DNA from: Candidatus Iainarchaeum sp.
GTDB taxonomy: Archaea > Iainarchaeota > Iainarchaeia > Iainarchaeales > VGJJ01
Assembly: GCA_030688545.1 (NCBI GenBank)
Contig: JAUYHT010000008.1
Location: forward strand, 60,001 to 92,000
Length of the DNA: 32,000 nt
Direction of reading: 5' to 3'
Part shown: in pieces, positions 1-7,386 of the stretch
Position numbering within the stretch: the first letter of the stretch is position 1
How the letters are laid out: each line of letters begins with the position of its first letter
Program-made: the position numbers and the translations under genes
The notes under the pieces: generated by a model
Told to the model about the DNA's origin: nothing
The model's input: the letters and a program-made list of their open reading frames with translations, nothing else
The model's database searches: none

Positions 1-382
1 TTACATTTATGGGTTGGCGGTTGGGGTATAACCCGTCGAAGCCTTCGAGGGAGCAGCTGTCCAATGTGACTTGCGCCTGGGGAAGGGTGGTGATGAATAT
101 GGCTCCTCCATTGCCGCGAATAGTGGTGTTTTGACAATGGATGGTTGTTTGGGGACGTTTGAGATGGAAATAGCCTATTTCCTGGATCCCCGGGCATAGC
201 GTGAGGCGGGAGTCATAGAGGTTGATTCCCTGGAAATTGGCGTAGGACTGGCAGTCTTTAGGGTATGAATTCGAAATCACCACTTGGCCCGTGATGCTGC
301 GGTGCTGGACGAAAAGAAAAAAGGCCAAGAGGGCGAAGAAAAGGATGCCCACCATCAACCAATCGAAGGATTCATGGTTCAT
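1..382 (-). CDS. Membrane-anchored protein, partial (C-terminus beyond window start); possible beta-helix-type extracellular domain
   Basis: ATG at 380-382 (minus). Frame is open to base 1, so it is absent from the M-to-stop ORF track. My translation MNHESFDWLMVGILFFALLAFFLFVQHRSITGQVV...CQNTTIRGNGGAIFITTLPQAQVTLDSCSLEGF... shows one N-terminal hydrophobic helix followed by Cys/Asn/Gly/Thr-rich repeats. Starts 10 nt after the stop of 393-662 on the same strand. Confidence 0.5.
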   Translation of the reverse strand, partial: MNHESFDWLMVGILFFALLAFFLFVQHRSITGQVVISNSYPKDCQSYANFQGINLYDSRLTLCPGIQEIGYFHLKRPQTTIHCQNTTIRGNGGAIFITTLPQAQVTLDSCSLEGFDGLYPNRQPINV

Positions 383-392
383 GAAAATATAC

Positions 393-662
393 TCATAGGA
401 ATTCCACATTCCCATCGGATTTCCCTTTCATGTTTTTCAGGCGATCCGCGAGCTCCTTGACGGACGCATCATTGTTTGGGGGGTTGGAAGGAGGGGTGGA
501 TGCGTTGGAAACTCCTGGACGAGAACGCTTGCGAACGGTGTTGATGGCATCCATGGGGCCTTCGGCCATCTTCCCAATGAAATGGCAGGAGAGGCATTCT
601 TTTCCCGCGGCGACCTCGCGGAAGGCCATGCCCCCGCACTGGGGGCAATAGGTGAAGAGCAT
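393..662 (-). CDS. Zinc-ribbon protein, 89 aa, with Pro/Ser/Asn-rich tail
   Basis: Internal ATG at 662, 1 nt after the stop (664-666) of the upstream gene. MLFTYCPQCGGMAFREVAAGKECLSCHF = CxxC-x13-CxxC. The longer track ORF (start 848) would overlap the upstream gene and adds junk-like sequence. Confidence 0.6.
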   Translation of the reverse strand: MLFTYCPQCGGMAFREVAAGKECLSCHFIGKMAEGPMDAINTVRKRSRPGVSNASTPPSNPPNNDASVKELADRLKNMKGKSDGNVEFL

Positions 663-663
663 G

Positions 664-1500
664 CTATTCCTCCGCCCCCGGAAACATCTCCTGCTTGGTT
701 TCATGGGAGAGTTTGGCCTCTTCTTTTTCCACGAGCCGGCGCATGAGATGGAGTTCCTTATCCTTATTCTGGAGACGCTGGAGGCAATAATAGTAGGCGT
801 TGATGATTGCGTCGAAATCAAGGCGGCGTTTGAAACCCAAGCGGGCAATCTCCTCGAAATAGAGATTGGTCAACCGAACCGCCACCTCTTCCGCGGACAA
901 TGCGGATGAGGAAAAACCATCCCCTTTTTTTGTTTTTGGAATAAGGCGTTCTTCTTGTTCTAAAGTATTCACATCCTGCTTGAGATGCGAGACCTCACGC
1001 ATAATGTCTTGGAGGGAGGACGCGACCTTCTGGTTGACACGCGGGCGCTTTGAGATTTTCTTTTGCGCGGCCACGCGGGGGGCAACCGTTTTGCGTGTTT
1101 TGGTACGCTTTCGCTTTTGGGGTGCGGGGCTCTTTCCCTCAAGAACGGGTTTGGTTTTAGCCCACGCCTTAGTCGCCTCCTCAAATGATTTCCCTTTTTG
1201 TATTTGCTGCCGGACGAAGAGGTTGTACATGGAGAGCTCGCGCGATGGGCGTTTTCCCTGGAGCTTCTTCAAGTCCGAATGGAGCTTGGCCAACTCATCC
1301 TGGATGGCCTTATTCTGGTTGGATAACCGTTTGGTGGATTTGGCCAGGGACTTTGAAAGGCCTTTCCTGACCCCCTTCATTTCCTTGGTGGCATTGCGGC
1401 GGGACGCGGTGACATTCTCCCCCACGCTCCTCAATTGCTTCCGGATCTGTTTTCCCGCGGGCCGCGGGGCCTTTTTCTTGGTTCGTTTTTTTGTGGCCAT
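664..1500 (-). CDS. Lys/Arg-rich coiled-coil protein, unknown function (278 aa)
   Basis: ATG at 1500 (MATKKRTKKKAPRPAGK...) chosen over the track start at 1674, whose extra 58 aa are Trp/Pro-rich junk overlapping a plus-strand zinc-ribbon ORF. The antisense 226-aa ORF has W/C/F/R-rich junk composition. No family motif recognised. Confidence 0.65.
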   Translation of the reverse strand: MATKKRTKKKAPRPAGKQIRKQLRSVGENVTASRRNATKEMKGVRKGLSKSLAKSTKRLSNQNKAIQDELAKLHSDLKKLQGKRPSRELSMYNLFVRQQIQKGKSFEEATKAWAKTKPVLEGKSPAPQKRKRTKTRKTVAPRVAAQKKISKRPRVNQKVASSLQDIMREVSHLKQDVNTLEQEERLIPKTKKGDGFSSSALSAEEVAVRLTNLYFEEIARLGFKRRLDFDAIINAYYYCLQRLQNKDKELHLMRRLVEKEEAKLSHETKQEMFPGAEE

Positions 1501-1536
1501 AACAACCCCCTCACGCGAAATTAGGGCCTCCCACAC

Positions 1537-1544
1537 TTTTAAAT
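1537..1544. promoter_or_regulatory. Shared TATA box between divergent genes (ATG 1500 minus, ATG 1580 plus)
   Basis: TTTTAAAT/ATTTAAAA is the only A/T box in the 79-nt spacer and lies about 40 nt from each ATG. Confidence 0.4.
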
Positions 1545-1579
1545 GAACCCCTCGCGGGCGCAACGCATAAAGGGGAAAG

Positions 1580-1699
1580 ATGGGTAGAAGCAGGATGGAA
1601 CCAGCCTGCATGGTCTGCGGAACCGCGATGTTCGCCCACCAATGCAAACACATCTGCCCCAATTGCGGGGGCAAAATGGACTGCTCGGACTTGTTCTGA
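1580..1699 (+). CDS. Small zinc-ribbon protein, 39 aa (below ORF-track cutoff)
   Basis: ATG 1580, TGA 1697-1699. MGRSRMEPACMVCGTAMFAHQCKHICPNCGGKMDCSDLF = CxxC-x12-CxxC. Purine-rich aaaggggaaag lies immediately upstream and a TTTTAAAT box lies about 40 nt upstream. Confidence 0.45.
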   Translation: MGRSRMEPACMVCGTAMFAHQCKHICPNCGGKMDCSDLF

Positions 1700-1738
1700 C
1701 GGCCTGGAAAAGGAAAAATCAGGACAAATGGGCGCTAC

Positions 1739-1746
1739 ATTAAAAA
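1739..1746 (+). promoter_or_regulatory. TATA box for 1768-3645 (leaderless-type spacing)
   Basis: ATTAAAAA centred about 25 nt before ATG 1768. Confidence 0.45.
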
Positions 1747-1767
1747 CCCAAAACGGGTCGTGGGAAT

Positions 1768-3645
1768 ATGCCTCCTCGACGTAGAAAAAGATTCTCTAGA
1801 CGGCGTATCTCGGGACCGCGTAATATCAGAGATCCCCCGGGGCAAGGGTTTTTATTTCCTGAAATGAGAACCACCCCCACTCCTACTCCAACGGGTAAAA
1901 AGAGTCCACCGCGACGCCCGTATGAAGGGTTGGATGGGATTCCACGGCTTCCACAGCATAGAAGGGGTTATACGGCGCAGCAGGCCGCCGTCGATCCCCA
2001 TCGGTATGTTACGCGCGAAGCCACCCAGAATCTTCGCACGACACCCAAGAAGCGGAAAGAAACTCCGGGAATGAAACTTCCTCCACGAGATATTGATTCG
2101 CTCCAACATAGTTTGCGCACCGTTCGCCGGTTGATGGAAGAACGGGAGAAAGAAATCAGGAGAGAAAAATTTGGCCCGACACCAGTGTATATCCATACGA
2201 AAAAAGATCCTATTTACCAACGATTGGCGGCGAAAGAAAAAACCATTTTCGATACGCTCATGGATATGCGAATGAGCCGGAATGTGCCACCCCCAAAAAG
2301 AGAAATTGAGCCAATCGCGGGCCTAGTGAAGAGAACACGTGATTCCTTTTTGCGGTATAAAAAATCCTGGCCCGAAATGAAGGATACCGAAAGGATTGTC
2401 GCGGTAGAGCGGGCCCAAAAGCGGATTAACCAACTGTATCAAAGCACCCCCACTCTTGTTCCGGGCGAATCAAAATCACGAAAATTGAAAATGAAAGAAT
2501 TCCCCGATGCACGGATACGTTATATGCAAGGGCTGCTACGCGAATTCCGGAATGAAACGGAGGCGGCTGAAAATCGGTTGAAATTGTCTAAACAATTAAA
2601 TCGACCGGTCAGCGAATGGGTCCAATTAGAAAAAAAGTTGATTGAATGGGAGAAGCAACAAAGTGTCGTGGTTGGCATCCTTTCTGCTTGGAAGCATGGG
2701 GGAGCGGTTCCTACTTTGATTCCTGAAGTCTATACCCCCCCTGAACTCAAGACAGCGCTGATAGGGGATGGGAGTGTGATGCCGGTGACGACCTATAGAT
2801 CCTTATTGAAGGAACGGGCACGGCGGAAGGCATATCGAAAGAGGAAGGGGACCACCAGTCGGGGAAGGGACAAAAAAGAAAGAAGAAAAGCGAAGCGGAA
2901 GGAATTAGAGAGGCAATTGGCTCTTATTCGGTTAAGAGGGGGTAAGCCGCCCGAATGGTATAGCGGGAGAGGATCGGTGTTCTCACCCGCAGAAAGAAGA
3001 AGAGTTTCCACAAAGATTAGTGAGAGGAGAAGGGGTGAAGGAGTAAGGGCCTATGACACTCCCATCGGACCCCAACGGCCCAGAGAGGCTCGAGCAACCC
3101 AAACGATTCCAGAGAGGAAAGGACCACGCATTCCATTGCTGCCACCCATCCCTGTTGGAAGGAAAGGAAATCCGTCGGTCCCTTTTCCTGGGGGATCAGT
3201 AGTAGAAGGGCTTCGGAACAGGCCAACACCTGGATTCCCGCCCGGCCGAGCGGTGAGGGAGTTGGTTTTAGCTGAACATATTGCCAACCGTGATGCCACA
3301 CATATCGCTAAATTAATCCAAGAGCGGGATCAAATCCAACGTGAACTCGAATCGACCATGGGGGAGATGAGCGAATTAGCCCAAAGACGAAGAATTGCAA
3401 GGGCGATCGAACGGGCACGACGCAAACGATTCGAAAAAAGAAAAAGAGAGAATACAGCGCAGGAAGCCTTCAGAGAAGCTAGGAGAAGAGAAGATGTAAA
3501 TAGAGGAAGCAACAACGGCCCGCGGCGATTGCTCCCTAAAAATCCGAATTATCCAACCGAGGTCGCCGAGCCCGCGCGGCCGGAGAAGAAAAAACCGTGG
3601 TACCGGCGCGTCGCGAATTTTTTGGGGTGGATTAACGAGAAATGA
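1768..3645 (+). CDS. Large hyper-basic Arg/Lys/Glu/Pro-rich protein, unknown function (625 aa)
   Basis: Uninterrupted 625-codon frame; opposite-strand ORFs are short. ATTAAAAA box at 1739-1746 is centred about 25 nt before the ATG. Runs such as RRRKRFSRRR and RKAYRKRKGTTSRGRDKKERRKAKRKELERQ. No recognisable catalytic or family motif. Confidence 0.7.
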   Translation: MPPRRRKRFSRRRISGPRNIRDPPGQGFLFPEMRTTPTPTPTGKKSPPRRPYEGLDGIPRLPQHRRGYTAQQAAVDPHRYVTREATQNLRTTPKKRKETPGMKLPPRDIDSLQHSLRTVRRLMEEREKEIRREKFGPTPVYIHTKKDPIYQRLAAKEKTIFDTLMDMRMSRNVPPPKREIEPIAGLVKRTRDSFLRYKKSWPEMKDTERIVAVERAQKRINQLYQSTPTLVPGESKSRKLKMKEFPDARIRYMQGLLREFRNETEAAENRLKLSKQLNRPVSEWVQLEKKLIEWEKQQSVVVGILSAWKHGGAVPTLIPEVYTPPELKTALIGDGSVMPVTTYRSLLKERARRKAYRKRKGTTSRGRDKKERRKAKRKELERQLALIRLRGGKPPEWYSGRGSVFSPAERRRVSTKISERRRGEGVRAYDTPIGPQRPREARATQTIPERKGPRIPLLPPIPVGRKGNPSVPFPGGSVVEGLRNRPTPGFPPGRAVRELVLAEHIANRDATHIAKLIQERDQIQRELESTMGEMSELAQRRRIARAIERARRKRFEKRKRENTAQEAFREARRREDVNRGSNNGPRRLLPKNPNYPTEVAEPARPEKKKPWYRRVANFLGWINEK

Positions 3646-3648
3646 TCA

Positions 3649-3756
<108 letters not shown>

Positions 3757-4869
3757 TCATTTCATCACCGCTTCGGGGAAGTTGACGGTGATGCGCTTGG
3801 ACCTTCCTCGACCGGAGGTATCCGTGTGAGTGGTGATGGCCTTCTTCTTCTCCAATTCCACGAGGATCTCACGCACGCGGCGATCGCTCAACCCAATGCC
3901 TTGGGAGGCGAGACGCACGTAAAGATCATTGGAGGGGACGTGACGCCCGCCCAGGGCGAAGAGGGATTTCAACACGTGCTTATGGGAATCCGTGAGAAAG
4001 GGAATGGCTTTCTGCACGGCACTCGTTTCGGTATCCTCAAAAGCGGCGCGCACGTGTCCCTCATCGATGACACAAGCATTGGCGCGCTCGGCCCGGCGCG
4101 CGGCCTTGCGCAATGTTTCGATGGCCACGCGGCAATCCCCACCCCGTTTGGCGGCGTGGGCGGCAATCAGACCGGCCATTTCGATAGGTAATGCTCCAGG
4201 GACAAGCGCTTTTTCGGCGCGCTCGCGGAGGATATCCTTCAATTGGATGGGGGAGTAGGGGGCGAATTCTATTTTTTCATGAGCAAACGAACTCCGCACC
4301 CGGGCATCGAGGCGCGCGGGGATGGAGGGATCATTGGAAATAAGGATTATGGGGATGCCGGGGATATTATGCTCGGGGATGCGGAGGAGATCATACAACA
4401 GTTCGTTCCCATCATTCGCCAATAGTTGATCAAACTCATCAAAGACCAATACGGGGATGAAGGGGGCAAATTTCAATCCCTCCAGAACCTTGGCATGCAA
4501 CTCATTCGTGCTCATCCCCCGCGCGGGGACCGGACGCTCGACCTGGCGGGTGAGCTCGGCGAGAACAGCCTGACGGGAGTTGTAGCCGAAGCAATTGAAA
4601 TAGATGGGCTTCACCCGGGAAGAGAATTCCTTGAGCTGGCCCATGACGAACGACAGGGTAACCGTTTTCCCGGTGCCGGGAGGACCCCAGACGAAAACAT
4701 GGGCGGCTTTGCCCCCATCGGCCAATGGTTTGAGGGCGAAAACGAGGGCATTGACCTGCGTCTCCCGGTGGGGAAGAGCATCGGGGAGGTGCTGGGGGTC
4801 TAAAACGTGTTCATCCTTGAAGATGAGGTTCTCGCGCGACGCGCGGGCAAACACATTCTCGCGGGCCAT
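3757..4869 (-). CDS. cdc6: Orc1/Cdc6 replication initiator (AAA+ with C-terminal winged helix)
   Basis: Walker [11 protein letters not shown], Walker B VLVFDEFDQL. N-terminus MARENVFARASRENLIFKDEHVLDPQHLPDALPHRE matches the usual family start. ATG 4869 has a TATTATAA box (4892-4899) centred about 26 nt upstream. The track start at 4974 is a GTG adding 35 atypical residues. Confidence 0.93.
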   Translation of the reverse strand: MARENVFARASRENLIFKDEHVLDPQHLPDALPHRETQVNALVFALKPLADGGKAAHVFVWGPPGTGKTVTLSFVMGQLKEFSSRVKPIYFNCFGYNSRQAVLAELTRQVERPVPARGMSTNELHAKVLEGLKFAPFIPVLVFDEFDQLLANDGNELLYDLLRIPEHNIPGIPIILISNDPSIPARLDARVRSSFAHEKIEFAPYSPIQLKDILRERAEKALVPGALPIEMAGLIAAHAAKRGGDCRVAIETLRKAARRAERANACVIDEGHVRAAFEDTETSAVQKAIPFLTDSHKHVLKSLFALGGRHVPSNDLYVRLASQGIGLSDRRVREILVELEKKKAITTHTDTSGRGRSKRITVNFPEAVMK

Positions 4870-4891
4870 ATCCAAGAAGTGGCGCCATTGG

Positions 4892-4899
4892 TTATAATA
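4892..4899 (-). promoter_or_regulatory. TATA box for orc1/cdc6
   Basis: TATTATAA (minus strand) centred about 26 nt before ATG 4869. Confidence 0.45.
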
Positions 4900-4906
4900 C
4901 ACTCGT

Positions 4907-4970
4907 TTTTCACGGCGGTTGGGAGGGTGGGGGGAGAAGATGGCCGAATGGTGGGGGTTTTCTCGGCGGT
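4907..4970. repeat. Direct repeat TTTTC(A/T)CGGCGGT x2 with adjacent G-strings in the orc1 upstream region
   Basis: 4907-4919 ttttcacggcggt and 4958-4970 ttttctcggcggt (12 of 13 identical, 51-nt period). GGTGGGGGG at 4927-4935, GGTGGGGG at 4950-4957, C-run CCACCCCCC at 4971-4979. Confidence 0.5.
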
Positions 4971-4988
4971 CCACCCCCCTTCTTTTTG

Positions 4989-4996
4989 TTTAAATA
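4989..4996 (+). promoter_or_regulatory. TATA box for 5038-5250
   Basis: TTTAAATA about 45 nt before ATG 5038, leaving a short leader that contains GGAGGT. Confidence 0.4.
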
Positions 4997-5037
4997 GCGC
5001 CCCGCCGCAGACCCTGCAATCCCCATTGGAGGTTGAT

Positions 5038-5250
5038 ATGATGACCCTTGAAACCTGGATGCACCACCGCAAAAAAAGGCTGTTGACCGAGAAGAAGGAG
5101 GCGCTCTTCCAAGCGATGCGGAGCACCCCCGATTTTCATCGGAAACGGGCCGCGCTCTATGAAACGCTCACCCGCCTTGAACATTATAGGAGAGAGGAGC
5201 GGATGACGCCCCATGCCCTCGCCTCATTGGGCATTCCCTTCGCTATCTGA
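5038..5250 (+). CDS. Small helical basic protein, unknown function (70 aa)
   Basis: ATG 5038 preceded by GGAGGT (5028-5033) and a TTTAAATA box (4989-4996). MMTLETWMHHRKKRLLTEKKEALFQAMRSTPDFHRKRAALYETLTRLEHYRREE... Followed by a strong hairpin at 5281-5310. Divergent from orc1. Confidence 0.5.
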   Translation: MMTLETWMHHRKKRLLTEKKEALFQAMRSTPDFHRKRAALYETLTRLEHYRREERMTPHALASLGIPFAI

Positions 5251-5280
5251 AATACTTTCCCCAACGGCTGGCTCACCCCC

Positions 5281-5314
5281 TTTTTGGGGGAGGAAAACCT
5301 CCCCCAAAAATTTT
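5281..5314 (+). terminator. Perfect 13-bp-stem hairpin followed by a T-run
   Basis: tttttgggggagg (5281-5293), aaaa loop, cctcccccaaaaa (5298-5310), then tttt. Lies 31 nt after the stop of 5038-5250 and 38 nt before the pilin-like ATG 5352. Confidence 0.45.
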
Positions 5315-5351
5315 CCCTATCCTTTTAGGCTTACCGTGGCCCCCTCCCCGC

Positions 5352-5930
5352 ATGGGCCGCGGGTTCATCTCCTTCCTCTTCCTCGTGCTGCTCCTCCCCC
5401 TCATGGTGGTGCAGACCACTCTGGCGCCACGCCCCACGCTTCCTTCGGGGAGCGAGGCCCTCTCATTGCTTACCGCCCGAACGGAACTGGAGAACACCAC
5501 CCAGGCGATCATCCGGTTTCATTTACATGACGGGTTGCGGCACCAAATACCACCCCCGACGATCAGGACGCGGATTAATAGTGAACTATTCGCCTACTAT
5601 CAACGCGCCTCCCTAAATGCACGGGCGCCCATGCAAATAGAATTCGGGTTTATGGCGTGGGACACGACGCACACGCTTGCTTTGCTCGACCGGAACCATA
5701 TGCTTCCCTTGAGTGTGGAGGAAATAGACGCGCGGTCGCACGTGTTCGTACTGCCGCTCTCCGCGGATGAATGGTATGGAGAATACGCCTACACGGGAGG
5801 CCTGTTGGGGGGAGAAGCGGTCACTGGAAAAGTGAGAGGGGTGCGAAGCGCGACCCTTTTTGCATTGCCCCCAGGAAGCCGGGTGTGCAGCACTAGTTTT
5901 TTGGAAAACATCCCGTGCGGGGGGACATAA
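5352..5930 (+). CDS. Type IV pilin-like protein (class III signal peptide), 192 aa
   Basis: N-terminus MGRG|FISFLFLVLLLPLMVV: short basic leader ending in Gly, then a hydrophobic helix. First of four tightly spaced plus-strand genes. Confidence 0.65.
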   Translation: MGRGFISFLFLVLLLPLMVVQTTLAPRPTLPSGSEALSLLTARTELENTTQAIIRFHLHDGLRHQIPPPTIRTRINSELFAYYQRASLNARAPMQIEFGFMAWDTTHTLALLDRNHMLPLSVEEIDARSHVFVLPLSADEWYGEYAYTGGLLGGEAVTGKVRGVRSATLFALPPGSRVCSTSFLENIPCGGT

Positions 5931-5931
5931 G

Positions 5932-6207
5932 ATGCACGCCCTCGAATTCATTCTGGTGTGGACGGCCCTGCTGGCGGTACTCGGAATAATGGGGGGATCC
6001 CTTTCCACGCATGCGGAAGCAGGGGAACTAGCCCAAACAAAAATAAGTATTCAGGCGCAGGCATTGCGCTGCAGCACCTTATTGGATTCGCACACCGCCT
6101 CCTTCCTCCGAACACCCATGACGGGATGCACGCGGTTCCCATTTGCGCAGAGGGAATCCCTGGCTTGGTCAGCCTACCTGGGAGGGGATGCCAATCATTA
6201 CGAATGA
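5932..6207 (+). CDS. Type IV pilin-like protein, 91 aa
   Basis: ATG 5932, 1 nt after the preceding TAA (5928-5930). MHALEFILVWTALLAVLGIMGG... has a hydrophobic N-terminal helix with an LEF motif like the other pilin-like genes. The track start 5860 is a TTG overlapping the upstream gene. Confidence 0.55.
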   Translation: MHALEFILVWTALLAVLGIMGGSLSTHAEAGELAQTKISIQAQALRCSTLLDSHTASFLRTPMTGCTRFPFAQRESLAWSAYLGGDANHYE

Positions 6208-6214
6208 AAAAGGG

Positions 6215-6652
6215 ATGATGACCACCCTCGAGGCCCTCACGGTGTTCGTGGTGTGGATGATAATATTAGTTCAGGTGTGGAGTGCGAGCGGGGAAGGGGT
6301 GAGTGGGTTTACTCAAGAATGGAAAGTCATGCGGGCGCGAGCGGCCACGCAGGCGCTGGGAGACTATTTGGTGCTCCAATCCCACCCTAACCCATGGAGG
6401 GGGTGCGCGCACTATTCATTGGCCGAGAAACGCGTGCGCGTGAATGAGATAAACGAGTCCTGTTTGAGACGACTGACAGGGGAAAATCCTCCTCCGGAAA
6501 CCATTTACGTGGGGGTGTTGGATAATGGGATTAGGAAGACGTATTTCGAGCGACCGGTGAATGTGGGAGAAACGTGTTGGGGAGTGAGGCGGGGCATTAT
6601 CGTCCATGAGACGGGAGAGTTTGGGGTGCTGGAAGTGACTAGTTGTGCGTAA
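6215..6652 (+). CDS. Type IV pilin-like protein, 145 aa
   Basis: ATG 6215, 7 nt after the preceding TGA. MMTTLEALTVFVVWMIILVQVW... has an LEA motif plus a hydrophobic helix. The track start 6143 overlaps the upstream gene. Confidence 0.55.
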   Translation: MMTTLEALTVFVVWMIILVQVWSASGEGVSGFTQEWKVMRARAATQALGDYLVLQSHPNPWRGCAHYSLAEKRVRVNEINESCLRRLTGENPPPETIYVGVLDNGIRKTYFERPVNVGETCWGVRRGIIVHETGEFGVLEVTSCA

Positions 6653-6953
6653 AGGATTCCTCCTCTGGATGGAATTAGGATTGATGCTCCTGCTCCTGGC
6701 AGGATGGTATGGGGGGACGCTAAACCTTCCCTCTTCCCCTCGTATTGAGGCAGGGGAAACGGCCTGCCACGATCTAATACGCGTTTGGAGCGGGGGAAAT
6801 GAAATAGGGCTTCGCGACGCCCAGATCCTGTTTCCTGGAAAAACGGTTCATATTTTTTCCTGGGACAAACCAAATCAATCATTCACCATTGCCTGCGAGG
6901 GAACCCGCTTCAATAGGGGGGAGTGGGAAGAGCTACATATTTTCATCGAATGA
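6645..6953 (+). CDS. Type IV pilin-like protein, 102 aa
   Basis: GTG 6645 overlapping the upstream stop by 8 nt. MRKG|FLLWMELGLMLLLLAGW is a class III signal-peptide-like N-terminus. Confidence 0.55.
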   Translation: MRKGFLLWMELGLMLLLLAGWYGGTLNLPSSPRIEAGETACHDLIRVWSGGNEIGLRDAQILFPGKTVHIFSWDKPNQSFTIACEGTRFNRGEWEELHIFIE

Positions 6954-7386
6954 GAATGCCATCCACCTCGCGGAAGAAGAGGATGTCATCCCCTGGAGCA
7001 ATAGAAAGATTTCCTTGAAGGGGGAGGGGGGAAGTAATGTGCCAGTGCTTGGGTTGGGAAAGATGGGGGGAGTGGAGGAGAAAATCCATTCCAGTGGCCT
7101 CGAATTGAATCTCCAATCCCTCAAAAGGGGGAACCCTGAAAAGGAATTGGGAACCCGGAGAGGCAAATGACAACGCGTCCAATTGTTCCTGCAGGGATTG
7201 GGTGCGAGCGGAGAGGTCGCGGGATTGCACCATTAGGGTGTGCGCGTCCACATTCACTAAGACGATGGGGAGGAACACCGCTAATGCGCCGGCCATGGCC
7301 GCCCAGAGGAGGAGGGCCTCCAGGGATATTTGGGCGGGGGAACCAAACCGTTCATTTGATCTTGTCGATCTGCTTGAAGATGTCAT
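6943..7386 (-). CDS. Type IV pilin-like protein, 147 aa (Gln at +1, Glu at +5 type)
   Basis: MTSSSRSTRSNERFGSPA|QISLEALLLWAAMAGALAVFLPIVLV. ATG 7386 is the only in-frame start before the hydrophobic helix. Overlaps the upstream small pilin gene by 35 nt and converges on 6645-6953 with an 11-nt overlap. Confidence 0.6.
   Translation of the reverse strand: MTSSSRSTRSNERFGSPAQISLEALLLWAAMAGALAVFLPIVLVNVDAHTLMVQSRDLSARTQSLQEQLDALSFASPGSQFLFRVPPFEGLEIQFEATGMDFLLHSPHLSQPKHWHITSPLPLQGNLSIAPGDDILFFREVDGILIR

Noticed and set aside
1156-1254. HMG-box-like motif KRPSRELSMYNLFVRQQIQKGKSFEEATKAWAK in the Lys/Arg-rich protein
   Set aside because: Only the KRP...S.Y..F and ...W.K landmarks match. The spacing between the aromatic pair and the Trp is about 12 residues shorter than in canonical HMG boxes, and there is no third helix. 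Too weak to call without a profile search.
866-1546. 226-aa plus-strand ORF antisense to 664-1500
   Set aside because: The Trp/Cys/Phe/Arg-rich composition is typical of the complement of a Lys/Glu-rich gene, and it crosses the shared promoter region.
1501-1674. Upstream extension of the 664-1500 gene to 1674
   Set aside because: The extension is Trp/Pro-rich and overlaps the shared TATA box and the plus-strand 39-aa zinc-ribbon ORF. The MATKKRTKKK start at 1500 is the first ATG with sensible context.
4870-4974. N-terminal 35-aa extension of Orc1/Cdc6 (track start 4974)
   Set aside because: That start is a GTG and the extension (DRRENPHHSAIFSPHPPNRREKRVYYNQWRHFLD) is atypical. ATG 4869 gives the usual family N-terminus and has a TATA box at the leaderless distance.
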